This document shows, piece by piece, positions 49,369 through 59,027 of a stretch of DNA of 64,000 nucleotides (the first letter of the stretch is position 1; each line of letters opens with the position of its first letter). The DNA lies in assembly GCA_051439605.1 (NCBI GenBank), contig JBFRWN010000027.1, forward strand, positions 29,260-93,259, read 5' to 3'. The DNA comes from Synechococcus sp. (GTDB taxonomy: Bacteria; Cyanobacteriota; Cyanobacteriia; Thermostichales; PCC-7336). Position numbers and translations under genes: made by a program. The notes under the pieces were generated by a model. The model saw only the letters and a list, made by a program, of their open reading frames with translations, was not told the DNA's origin and did no database searches.

Positions 49369-51038
49369 ACCGCTTGCTTTGCCACACCGAGCGTTGAGGA
49401 AGAGACCGAGCTGTTGTCTTCCACTCCCTGGCCTAAGGCAGGCAGGAGCTCGTCGACCAAGACATTCCCCAGTTCGACGTTTAGCTTGGTCAAGTTAGCC
49501 GGGGCCATATGCTTGCCAGGAAGTTCCTTAAACAAGGTTTCATAAGACTTGTTAGCAAACTCTTTCCGTAAGAAACTAATTGTGCCAGCCTTAGCGGCAA
49601 TCTGGTCGTTCTTAAACCCAACGATCGCCGTATAGTGAAACGATTCACTTTCGCGAATTAAACATTGAGTGGCGTCAGTAGACGGGCGAGCATCGATAAA
49701 CGGTTTCACCACCTCGGCAATGGACTTCACTGGAATCGCCCCCTCGATCCCGGTAATGACCGGAGCCATCAAGATCGTCGGCTGGTTTTCCAACGACAGA
49801 TATTCGGGGCCAACCGTATCCAGAAACTCTTTCAGCAGTTGCTTCACCTGTTTAACCCGTGCCGGTTTCTTAACACAGCGATTCAAATCGCGTGTTAGGC
49901 GATCGAAATCCTCTGAGTTCTCAGCGTCTTTGACCCGTTGGAGGAATTCGACAGTTCCCAATAGCTCTAGCAGCGAAATGTATTTGCATCCCAAGCTATG
50001 GCCCAGCCAGAAGTAATTCCCCTGTCGAAACTTCTCAGGGTCGGTATACAGATCCAGGTTCTTTGTATATCCCATCCCCTCTGCTTCTTGGCGAATCGCC
50101 TCGCGCAGAGGCTTGGAATCCCGCACCATATTGATGGCTACCGACCAATGGTTGAGGGTAAATCTGTAGGGAAGAGCGACCACCGTGTAGCCATCCTGAA
50201 ACAACCGCCTCAGAATATAGCGATAGAAAATTGTTGGGAAGGTTCCGAACCCCGCACCGCCAATGAAGTAGACCACCCCTTTGGGCTCGGGATGAATCAA
50301 CACCCAGTTGAACGCCAGAGGAATGAATTTGAGCTTGACCGTGCGATCGATGCCGAGACTGGGCAACTGCGTTTGGGTGTACCGCTCAGTTAGCAGCAAA
50401 CTAGCCGCTAGAATCGCCTCTGAGGCGCTACCCGGTAACGTGCCAGCGATCGCGGAGGGAACCCCGTTGCCCACTAGAGAGACTAAGGTACCTAGGATCA
50501 GCAAGTTCCACTGACTTTCTGTGCGAATCCAAAAGCCAATGCCCACCAGCAACAGGAACACGTTGACGGCAATGGTGACAATGGGCGGAGACACGGCCGA
50601 GCCGGGGGCCAACGAGTAACGCAACACCCCGAACAGTTCCGGCGCCGGAGCAAGTTCCAGACCGAGGTAGTTTTTAAACACCTCAAACAGCGCTAAGCAG
50701 GCGGCCAAAATCCAGGTGCCAAAGCGAACCGGACCGATCGCCCAACCGGCCCCTGCCCGGTTGGCCAATTCCACCCCCACCACAATGAGGAAGGGGACAG
50801 AAATGTAGTGGAGCAAAAATCGGTATCGATTCAATGACTCCAGAAGGTCTCCCACCCCCAAATAGTTGCCGCTGAACAGCACCCCGTTATCAAACGCCAT
50901 CGTGACCAAAATCACGGGTAATACCAACATGGGGATGCTTTTTTGTCGCGTCCACAGGCGCAGCGACCAGCCGATGAGCCAGAGATCGGCGATCGCCAGT
51001 AGTAAATGTCCGAAGGGATAAATCGCATCAATTGCCAT
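49365..51038 (-). CDS. Multi-TM membrane domain fused to a DUF1350-type alpha/beta hydrolase
   Basis: About seven hydrophobic helices in the first 220 aa, then FIGGAGFG, GHSLGCK, F..D and PGKH. Confidence 0.75.
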   Translation of the reverse strand: MAIDAIYPFGHLLLAIADLWLIGWSLRLWTRQKSIPMLVLPVILVTMAFDNGVLFSGNYLGVGDLLESLNRYRFLLHYISVPFLIVVGVELANRAGAGWAIGPVRFGTWILAACLALFEVFKNYLGLELAPAPELFGVLRYSLAPGSAVSPPIVTIAVNVFLLLVGIGFWIRTESQWNLLILGTLVSLVGNGVPSAIAGTLPGSASEAILAASLLLTERYTQTQLPSLGIDRTVKLKFIPLAFNWVLIHPEPKGVVYFIGGAGFGTFPTIFYRYILRRLFQDGYTVVALPYRFTLNHWSVAINMVRDSKPLREAIRQEAEGMGYTKNLDLYTDPEKFRQGNYFWLGHSLGCKYISLLELLGTVEFLQRVKDAENSEDFDRLTRDLNRCVKKPARVKQVKQLLKEFLDTVGPEYLSLENQPTILMAPVITGIEGAIPVKSIAEVVKPFIDARPSTDATQCLIRESESFHYTAIVGFKNDQIAAKAGTISFLRKEFANKSYETLFKELPGKHMAPANLTKLNVELGNVLVDELLPALGQGVEDNSSVSSSTLGVAKQAV

Positions 51039-51136
51039 ACGTCATCTCGCGAAAACGGTTTCCAGCAAACAGTCCGGTCCAGAAGCAGTCAACTGTCCCA
51101 CACACCGGATGTATCAACTTCAGTTCTCCGATAGTT

Positions 51137-52039
51137 TTAAGAGGATTCAGCCGCGCCCTCTTTCTCTAGCTGCTTCTGAGCCTCCAGACCTTTGAAGTAC
51201 ACTAGCGCCGTGAAAATAAACACTCCCGCTTCGGTGCCACCCGCATCGTGCAGGATATGGAACAAAGCATTGTAGGCCACCTGCGGATCGGTGACGGGAT
51301 TACCGCCATACTTATCCAGCAGCGCAATAAACCCCAGGTTGACCCCCACCGAGAACAGCGGGAAGAGCACAATTTTCCAGTCTTTCAACAGGCGGTATCC
51401 CCGAAAGGTGAGGACAGCAAAGACTAGCGTTAACGCGATATAGATGGGAATTTTGTAGCTCGGATTATCGGCCCGATATCCCAATGGGTACAGAATCGAA
51501 ACGAGCAGGAGGCTGATGGCAAAAATGACGTTCACTACATTGGTCTTCCAGGTGGTTTTTTCCACCAACCCATCCGCCCACAACGCAAAGGCAGAAATCA
51601 GAAAGAAATAAAACATGAAATTCAGCATGGTGAACTGGTTTTGGTAGTACCAGCATTGGGTCACATGCCAACCCATTTCGGAGGCGATCGCCACCATAAT
51701 TAGCGATAGCCCTAACTGCGAAGCAAAAATCGCCTTTGCCGACCATCTCAATACGGTCAGACTCTTGTAAAACACCCGCATCGCCAATGGAATTAGGGCG
51801 AAGGTAAGGATGTGGGTAATTACGAGTCCGAGCTTCCATCCACCGTCAATGCAGGTGGCTCCAGGCTGGATGCCGCTGAACCCCGGCAATGTGGTCAAGA
51901 TATAACCAAAGCCCCCTAGCGCGATCGCAAAACAGAGGGCGATCGCTGCCAAATCGGTCGTGAAAATACGGCGGTCTTCAATATCTGGGAACTGAAGAAA
52001 GCCATCCTTCTGACTGGTGTCAGAGACTTCGGCAACCAT
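51137..52039 (-). CDS. Uncharacterised polytopic membrane protein
   Basis: About eight TM segments, with polar motifs SEMGWH and FHILHD..GTE. Confidence 0.75.
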   Translation of the reverse strand: MVAEVSDTSQKDGFLQFPDIEDRRIFTTDLAAIALCFAIALGGFGYILTTLPGFSGIQPGATCIDGGWKLGLVITHILTFALIPLAMRVFYKSLTVLRWSAKAIFASQLGLSLIMVAIASEMGWHVTQCWYYQNQFTMLNFMFYFFLISAFALWADGLVEKTTWKTNVVNVIFAISLLLVSILYPLGYRADNPSYKIPIYIALTLVFAVLTFRGYRLLKDWKIVLFPLFSVGVNLGFIALLDKYGGNPVTDPQVAYNALFHILHDAGGTEAGVFIFTALVYFKGLEAQKQLEKEGAAESS

Positions 52040-53114
52040 ACGAATGTCCTATAACGTGACTACTGGGGAGCCGCTAATACAAAAGAAGCCTGTGGGTGGG
52101 TCGCCTTTTGTGTATCGATTGCGTTTATGCAGCACAACATTCCGCGATCGATCTCTCAGCCGATGCCGATGACAACAACCACAGGCGGCCCAATGTTAGA
52201 TACCTTTGGGGTAACCATCAAAAAGCATTCAATTACTATAAAGACTCAGTAGCCATTCGTCTTCTGGACAATCAATGTCGTGAAAAACGACGATTCATTC
52301 GAAGTCTTTCTGTGAATTTACGAGATCGTTTCTGACAGATTGAACTGCTTTCTCGATTGGCGAATATCGTTTTTAATTTTGAGTGGCGATCGCTATTCTG
52401 AAGCCTCAGCATTCACGGCGATTGGTAAAATCTTACTTCAATGCCATCATCCTTACAAAAGCTCTCAGAATATCAAGTAAAGTTTCAGTTCCGATCCGTC
52501 AGCTCGCGAAGACTCGGTATACCTTGAATGGGAAAAAAGCAAAGAAGACGATTGCTCTTTTTATTGCTTGAATTCGCGCTCAAAGCTTGAAGAAAGCTGG
52601 ATTTTGAAGTAGTTGGCACCTGCTTATAAAACAAAAATTCACATAAGATGTACTCCATCCTACTGTCCTGGAAGCATTTCCTATTGAAGTTAAGTCTCAA
52701 CAGGAGCGCTCCTGTTGAAATCTTTTCAGCGAACCAGAGACGTTGCCTTTAGTGATGAACTTAGTGCCAGCTTTGGTTGGTGTCAGCTGGCTAATACCTG
52801 GTTAGTCGAGGACTATCTATGCTGCCAAACAACTGCAAAAGTCTATTGGGGTAAAGTTTGACCATGTCGGATTGCGCGTATCTAGTGTTCCACATCCGAA
52901 ACCGAGGATTGAGCTGCTGGGGCACCGCCAGACTTTTTGCGACCGGCAGAGGCGTGAAAGATAGTTATCAATGGATTTGGCATCGAGGCTGTATGGAGAG
53001 TTGTATTTGCACCCTGTTACTTGAGAGTAGCTCTTTATTAAAAAGCTTTGGCGATGCACTAACCCTGTAAGCCAACAGAGTTTCCCCTTTGGAGAACGCG
53101 TGACGCACGACCAT

Positions 53115-53154
53115 CACCCTGCGGTTTTCTCCTCTCTACCGCAGGGTGTTTTTT
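53115..53154 (+). terminator. Strong orphan intrinsic terminator
   Basis: 11-bp perfect stem CACCCTGCGGT/ACCGCAGGGTG, loop TTTCTCCTCTCT and T6 tail. Confidence 0.8.
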
Positions 53155-53227
53155 GGCTGAAAGATTTGCTGTATATAACTTTGAGGGGTTAGCACCTACA
53201 GAAAGTCCAAAGATATCGAAAAATACA

Positions 53228-53246
53228 ATTGAAAATACTTTTCAAT
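53228..53246. promoter_or_regulatory. Fur-type box
   Basis: Perfect 8-3-8 palindrome ATTGAAAA-TAC-TTTTCAAT upstream of iron-stress genes. A second box, AATGATTGTAATTCTCATT, lies at 53283-53301. Confidence 0.75.
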
Positions 53247-53518
53247 AAGCTCCGAGTGCTGTAGACTGTCATCCAAGGGGCTAATGATTGTAATTCTCAT
53301 TAGCAAGCGCGGTGCCTCAAATCCTCTTCAGGCAGCCGGTTCAACCTTCAAATTCCCGTGGCTGATGGGTCTGGAAGTGCTGTCTTTTCAGGGAATTACT
53401 CCAGCTATCCCTAAAGAGTCAGACTTCGATCCGAGATATTCTCGCAGTCTCGTGCTTTCAGACATGCCATCGGCCTTTTTTCTTTTTTGACAAGTTATTC
53501 GAATGGAAGGAGATCGCC

Positions 53519-53638
53519 GTGGCAAAAATTGGTTTGTTCTATGGCACAACTATTGGCAATACAGAAGAGTCTGCAGTTCGCATTTCTGAATGGGTCGCTC
53601 AATTTTCCAGCCCGACTGGAATGAGTTCAGAGAGTTAA
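53519..53638 (+). pseudogene. Flavodoxin (isiB-like) remnant with internal deletion, 39 aa
   Basis: AAGGAG RBS, GTG start, MAKIGLFYGTTIGNTEESAVRISEWVAQFSSPTGMSSES*. Confidence 0.85.
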
Positions 53639-53755
53639 CGGTATTCGATTGTTGGCATTGAAGTGACGATCTCAAAAACTTGAGGTCGACCGTTTATAAG
53701 CCACTCATAACTTAACGGCAACCAATACGTTTAAATTTATCGGGGAAAAGCAAGC

Positions 53756-54535
53756 GTGTTCATTCGAAAAAAGTTTGTTCTCAATCTACCAGAGGTGTTG
53801 TGGCTCAATGTCAGTCCCAGATTCAAGGCTCTCAGCTATCCATTACTGCGGTGTTTGGATGAATTAAGCCACATTGCCTGTTGGGACTATACCCAGGAAC
53901 AGGACGAGCCAAACTCACTCGAAGTAGCCGTAGATACGTTGCATTCCTATCTAGAAACTTTGCCTCACCCCGTTCACCTGATCGGACACAGCACCGCGGG
54001 ACTAGTGGGATTGCTCTATTCCAGGCGTTACCCAGCCAACGTCAAGTCTCTTTCATTGCTATCTGTAGGAGTGCAACCTGCTATTGATTGGCAAGCCCAC
54101 TACTACACTCGCCTTAATTTACTTCCTTGCTCCCGTTCGTTTGTGTTGAGACAAATGGTGCGGGAATTGTTTGGCAGGCAACAGGAAAGCGCCTGCAGGT
54201 TATTGGAATCGCTGTTGCAAGCGGATTTGAATCTGTCGCCTTCCCCCCACTCAATGTGGGAAATTTCTAAAGTTGAACCGGGTGGATGTCCGGTACCTAT
54301 GTTAGTCGCCGGCAGTCAAGACGACACGGTTGTAACCATCAAAGCGATTCGAGATTGGTTTCCTTGGCTTAAACCTGGCGATCGCTTGTGGGAATGTCAG
54401 GGAGGAAGATATTTTTTCCATCGCTTCTATCCCGAGCTGTTTGTTAATGAACTGATGAATTTCTGGCAGGGGATAGAGGAAGACACCGATCAGAAGCATT
54501 TAGAGCTGTGTTTAGCTCAAGAGTTTTCAGTTTGA
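53756..54535 (+). CDS. Alpha/beta hydrolase, IsiC-like
   Basis: VHLIGHSTAG nucleophile elbow and GSQDD. Position follows the flavodoxin remnant. Confidence 0.75.
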   Translation: MFIRKKFVLNLPEVLWLNVSPRFKALSYPLLRCLDELSHIACWDYTQEQDEPNSLEVAVDTLHSYLETLPHPVHLIGHSTAGLVGLLYSRRYPANVKSLSLLSVGVQPAIDWQAHYYTRLNLLPCSRSFVLRQMVRELFGRQQESACRLLESLLQADLNLSPSPHSMWEISKVEPGGCPVPMLVAGSQDDTVVTIKAIRDWFPWLKPGDRLWECQGGRYFFHRFYPELFVNELMNFWQGIEEDTDQKHLELCLAQEFSV

Positions 54536-54619
54536 ATTGCACTTGTCCTATATTCCGTTCATTTTTGCTTTCGCAGTAGAAGGAATTTAACGTTCTATTG
54601 AACTTAGCAGGAGAAAATT

Positions 54620-55213
54620 ATGCTGACAACGTCATTAATCGATCTTCCTCGAACCGCACCATACAATTTTGTTTCCTCAGAAATGCGCAGACCGCGAACT
54701 TTTTGTCGGCACGATACTATTTTCTTAAAAGAAGGACATATGTGGAGAGTCGAGGATGGGTATCTTCGGACTATTACAATGAGCGATAATGGCGATGTCA
54801 GAACCTTAGGGATTTGGGGGGCTGGAGATATCATCGGAATTCCTCTCAGTCGCAATTACCCCTTTCAAATTGAGTGTTTAACGACAACAAGAGTATCTTT
54901 AACTCCAGACAACTCGATCTTGGGAGGAAAGTGGATGGTTGCCCACCTGCAACAAACTGAGTCATTGCTGGCCATTCAATATCAAGGTTTAGTTAAAGAC
55001 CGATTACTGCTTTTTCTGCAATGGTTGGGTGACAGATTTGGCCAGCCGACACCAGACGGAACTCGGATTGGCATCCGCCTCACTCACCAAGAAATTTCTG
55101 AAGCCATTAACAGCACGCGTGTCACGGTTACTCGGACTTTAAATGCTTTGGAACAGGCAGGATATCTAAACTGGTCGCGGCGCATGTGCGTTTTGCTAAA
55201 ACCTAGTCGATAG
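54620..55213 (+). CDS. Crp/Fnr-family regulator (IdiB-like)
   Basis: LGIWG.GD and RLTHQEISEAINSTRVTVTR HTH. Confidence 0.9.
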   Translation: MLTTSLIDLPRTAPYNFVSSEMRRPRTFCRHDTIFLKEGHMWRVEDGYLRTITMSDNGDVRTLGIWGAGDIIGIPLSRNYPFQIECLTTTRVSLTPDNSILGGKWMVAHLQQTESLLAIQYQGLVKDRLLLFLQWLGDRFGQPTPDGTRIGIRLTHQEISEAINSTRVTVTRTLNALEQAGYLNWSRRMCVLLKPSR

Positions 55214-55243
55214 TTCTCAATAACCAGACACGATTTATCTTGA

Positions 55244-55846
55244 TTGACTCCTAGCTTTAGAGACCGTTTGTTTGTGGACTATCACCGCTCGCTAACAAAA
55301 TCCATTTCATTTGCTAGACGGCACAAACTTCCTCTCGGCCATCATCTTGTTTGGAACATCCAGGCAGGATACGTGCGGGCGATCGCAAAGGAAGAACGTG
55401 AATCCCTCAAAATAGTGGGGATTTGGGGGCCTAATGAATATGTTGGAACGTTTATGTCTCGACGTTACACCTGTCAGCTTGAATGTATGACTGAGGTTAC
55501 GCTTGAGCCTGTTTCCCTCAACATTATTGAACCTGCTCCTCTACTACTGAGGTATATAGAACAGCTAGAAGTCTTGCTAGATATTGCCTTAGAACGGCAA
55601 GTCAGCGATCGCCTCGTAAAGCTTTTCTCTTGGCTTTCTGAAAAGTTCGGAACCCCCCTTGAAACTGGAATTCTGATACAAGTTCCTCTAACCCATCAAG
55701 ATATAGCCGATGTTATTGGATCCTCTAGAGAAGCTGTTACCAGAATCTTGGGAACAATGGAAGATAACAACCAAATTTCTTTTGAAGATCGACTCATTGT
55801 CTTTAAAACGCCAGATTTAACTGTCGATGTAAGCTCAAATAATTAG
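55244..55846 (+). CDS. Crp/Fnr-family regulator (IdiB-like)
   Basis: VGIWGP and LTHQDIADVIGSSREAVTR HTH. TTG start. Confidence 0.88.
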   Translation: MTPSFRDRLFVDYHRSLTKSISFARRHKLPLGHHLVWNIQAGYVRAIAKEERESLKIVGIWGPNEYVGTFMSRRYTCQLECMTEVTLEPVSLNIIEPAPLLLRYIEQLEVLLDIALERQVSDRLVKLFSWLSEKFGTPLETGILIQVPLTHQDIADVIGSSREAVTRILGTMEDNNQISFEDRLIVFKTPDLTVDVSSNN

Positions 55847-56061
55847 AGTGACAAGATTTGCAAATAAAATACACAGTATTTGTGTTCCATAGAACCCTTA
55901 AAAAAATTGAATAGACTTATGATAATAGCAAGAGATTCAACATGTTTTCGCATGTACTCAAGACATATTTTAGGTAGAACTGGGAGCGTTCTGCCTTTTT
56001 TCTTGTCAATACTCTTGAATTAAATGAATTCTTCTTCCTATGATGCTGACGATCGAGGAAT

Positions 56062-56669
56062 TTAAGATGAACGATCTGCCATCTGGGTGAAATGTTCTTC
56101 CAACAAGCCAGGTATTGCTTTAGCAGTGACCCTGCTGTAGCGCATTTTTCCGGGCATGATGATATTCGGCCCTGCCTTACATTTATCCATGCAGCCAGTT
56201 CCTTTCAGTTTGACCCGATCTCCCAAATTTCTAGCATCTATCTCAGTTTCCAGAGCAGCCCAAACGGTATCCCCCCCCGCTTGCAACAGCTCGATTTTTG
56301 ACAAACGCGAATCAATTCTGCCTTTGGGGAGACATGATTCTTGTTCCGGTCGGTGCGCTCGCTAGAGGCCGTCATGGGTAAAGGTAGTGCGTTTATGGAA
56401 CGATAGTCTTGTTGTTCCAGAGACGCAAACGAAACGATGTCTTCTGCTGTGTACTTGACGCGATTCTCTTTGTGCTTTTCCTTCTTCGTTCCAATGACTT
56501 GCAGCATAGCTCCTGGAATTAGCAGGTCCGCACAATAAAATCTCAGCCGCTTGGGGAGTTTAATCAGTATTTCCTCTCCGGAGGACTCAAAATAAAAGCC
56601 CTTAATCTTGTAACCGTCCTCAATGGCAAAGCGGACAAATCTGCCCGCCAACGCAAATTTAGACTTCAT
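56062..56669 (-). pseudogene. Thioredoxin-like [2Fe-2S] ferredoxin-domain protein (IdiC-like), frameshifted in a G8 run
   Basis: VCQKSSCCKRGG in one frame and DTVWAALE...GCMDKCKAGPN in another. The junction is the C8 run at 56271-56278. Confidence 0.85.
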
Positions 56670-56696
56670 GGTTGAACGACCCATTTCCGCAGTCAA

Positions 56697-56909
56697 TTAG
56701 TGGTGGACATTGTTGCAAACGAGGCTTTGCCAAAGCTGGACGGGAACACCCGCAGGACGTGACATGCACCGAATGCTATCGAGATCTCGCGCTCTGAAGT
56801 GCACGCAAACCTTTGACCCCGGTTGCACCAAGCATCGGCGATCTCCAGTGGTGGGGGTGACATCCCCCAAGTAAATATCTTTCCAGTTCCCGCGGTATTC
56901 GTAGCGCAC
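56697..56909 (-). CDS. Possible small hypothetical protein (about 70 aa)
   Basis: Open frame filling the gap between co-oriented genes, with GTG at 56909. Confidence 0.3.
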   Translation of the reverse strand: MRYEYRGNWKDIYLGDVTPTTGDRRCLVQPGSKVCVHFRARDLDSIRCMSRPAGVPVQLWQSLVCNNVHH

Positions 56910-56928
56910 TTCCAGTGCGATCGGTCGG

Positions 56929-57195
56929 CTACGCTGTCCGGTCTGAATAGGTTTGTCGCCAGCATTCTTCAAGCCAATCCACCAGCTCGGTACGTTGGGC
57001 TCTGAACTGTCGGAGGACGCTGCGAATTTGAAGGGCTGCCACACAAGTCTTGACCTCTACATGCAAGTGACCATCATCAGTACACATCACAGGAATAGAC
57101 AGCTCCTGTAAGCGTTGACGAATCCTCCAGCGTTCCTGTCTGGGGACAGGAATCACTTGCATAGACGTCTCGGGTTCCGAGCTGGTGTATTCCAT
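56929..57195 (-). CDS. Asr1405/Asl0597-family small protein
   Basis: ERW.I.QRLQEL.IP, Q.RSV.RQF, LV.WLE.CW. Confidence 0.75.
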   Translation of the reverse strand: MEYTSSEPETSMQVIPVPRQERWRIRQRLQELSIPVMCTDDGHLHVEVKTCVAALQIRSVLRQFRAQRTELVDWLEECWRQTYSDRTA

Positions 57196-57386
57196 AAACT
57201 GAACTCCTATTCACAGAAGGATGTCACTCCAAGCTATTGAGAGCGCTCTGTAAACGTAGAGCCCTACGGCAAAGATATCTAGATCGACCAGATAAAATGT
57301 GCCGTAGTACAAACCCTAGAAGTTCTACCGAAATACAGTTTCCGAAACCCTTTACTGTCTCAGATCGACAGTAATGTCGTAATGGG

Positions 57387-57929
57387 TTAGCGGTTGAGGT
57401 CCAGTGTCAGGCTGTCATTGGCCAAGAAGTGATTGACGTGAATCGCTCGATCCTCGGTCTCTAACAAAATGCCTTCCAGCATGTACCGGGTGGCGCGATC
57501 GCCCAAGCTTTCCGCTTGAGCTGCCTGCGATCGAAGCACGCTCACAATCGCTTGTTCTGCGGCGAGATCGTGTTCCAGCATCGCGCGCGAGGCAAATGCA
57601 CCGTCTGTTTCAGGCTCGAAACAGCAAAGATTTGCAAGCATTGTAAAACTGGCTGCAGGTACTCCGCCCAAACCATTGAGGCGTTCGCCTACAGCGTGCA
57701 CGTGCTCGCGCACCTCCTCGTAACTGTCCTCAAAGAATTCATGTAACTGGTAGAACTCAGTACCTTCCACCACAAAATGGTGTTTTTGGTACTGAAGGTA
57801 AAGCGCTTCAAAGCTGGCCAGAAGAATATTGAGTCCCTCGCACACGGGCACAGTAATTTCTGTTCCCAAGCCGATAGGGTTCTCGCGAACGTCGTTAAGT
57901 GCGTGAACGACTGCGGAGCGAGCGGGCAT
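57387..57929 (-). CDS. dps: Dps/ferritin-like protein
   Basis: [32 protein letters not shown]. Start at MPARS. Confidence 0.9.
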   Translation of the reverse strand: MPARSAVVHALNDVRENPIGLGTEITVPVCEGLNILLASFEALYLQYQKHHFVVEGTEFYQLHEFFEDSYEEVREHVHAVGERLNGLGGVPAASFTMLANLCCFEPETDGAFASRAMLEHDLAAEQAIVSVLRSQAAQAESLGDRATRYMLEGILLETEDRAIHVNHFLANDSLTLDLNR

Positions 57930-58015
57930 TACAGACCTCTTGCAATCTAATTTCACTTCACTGATAACAACCGCTTTTTAATCTGTCCAAAGATAACCTA
58001 GCAGCACCCCAGCTT

Positions 58016-58034
58016 AATGGCAAGTTATTTCAAT
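58016..58034. promoter_or_regulatory. Fur-type box upstream of dps
   Basis: AATGGCAAGTTATTTCAAT, a degenerate match to the 53228 palindrome. Confidence 0.45.
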
Positions 58035-58242
58035 AAGCTCTTGTATCCCAGTTCGCGCTTCTCATCGCCTAAGTTCGAGATTCCATGAGAAAAAGGCAGC
58101 TCGGCGACATATTAGAAACGTCTCGAAACCCTGCCAAACAAGGTGTTAAGCCTACTGCACATATCTTTCAATATCATCCAACCACGTACCCCAGACCGTA
58201 GTTTCCACATGTTATTGAGAAAATTTTTAATAGAAATGGATG

Positions 58243-58258
58243 TGTGACACCTATCACA
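58243..58258. promoter_or_regulatory. CRP-type binding site
   Basis: Exact TGTGA-N6-TCACA (TGTGACACCTATCACA). Confidence 0.6.
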
Positions 58259-58313
58259 TCAATGCAATGGCGAAGTTGCTATCGCTAGAGACCGCCCTCC
58301 GTAAATGCCCTCC

Positions 58314-58988
58314 TTATACCTCCACCCACATCCGCATCAGGTTCGAGAGACTTTTGGTCAGTAGGTCAAATTCTGCGGTTTTGCCCTGCTGCTTGAACAG
58401 CGATCGCCGGGCGGTATCCAAATCGAACAGAATCTCTCGATGCTCGGGGGAGCGCACCGTACTTTGAACCCAGCTAACCGCCACAAACCGACTTCCCGAG
58501 GTAACTGTCTCCACTCGGTGCAGCGTTGAGGACGGGTACAGTACCATCGAGCCGGCTTCAAGCTTGAAATGTTGCTCCCCCTGAGTGCTTTCCACAATCA
58601 GTTCTCCACCGTCGTAGCATTCGGGAGGGGTCAAAAATAGCGTGAATGACAGATCGGTCCGCATCGGCTGAGACTGGGTTGCCATCACCGCATTGTCCAC
58701 GTGGGCGCCGTAGGACATTCCTTCGTCGTAGCGGCTGAATAGCGGGGAGCGAATCGTTTTTGGACGCGCTGCCATCTGAAAGAGCTCGTTGCGCTGAAGC
58801 GCTTGCTTCACGATCGCGGTCAGTTTTGTATGGGCATCGGAACCACCGCGAAGTTGTTGATTGTTTTTGACCTTGCGAGCGTGCCATCCCGCCGTCAACT
58901 TGCCATCGACAAACTCCTGTTTGGCTGCCAGTTGATTAACCTGCTGGAGCTCGTCCGCACTCAATACCCCTGCAATGCAAATCATCAT
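58314..58988 (-). CDS. PKHD-type Fe(II)/2-oxoglutarate dioxygenase (PiuC/YbiX)
   Basis: DGKLTAG, YGAHVDNA, RTDLS.TLFL, YPSSTLHRV, WVQS. Confidence 0.95.
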   Translation of the reverse strand: MMICIAGVLSADELQQVNQLAAKQEFVDGKLTAGWHARKVKNNQQLRGGSDAHTKLTAIVKQALQRNELFQMAARPKTIRSPLFSRYDEGMSYGAHVDNAVMATQSQPMRTDLSFTLFLTPPECYDGGELIVESTQGEQHFKLEAGSMVLYPSSTLHRVETVTSGSRFVAVSWVQSTVRSPEHREILFDLDTARRSLFKQQGKTAEFDLLTKSLSNLMRMWVEV

Positions 58989-59027
58989 CGTTCTGTCCCG
59001 AAGTCCTGAAAAGTGCGATCGCCATCA

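Noticed and set aside
49365..52039. Microbial rhodopsin or heliorhodopsin call for the multi-TM proteins
   Set aside because: No retinal-binding Lys motif (DxxxK or SxxxK) in the last helix of either protein.
52201..52260. TPR-like fragment YLWGNHQKAFNYYKDSVAIR
   Set aside because: Only one ~20-aa helix-like match with no flanking repeats. Too short to call a pseudogene without a search.
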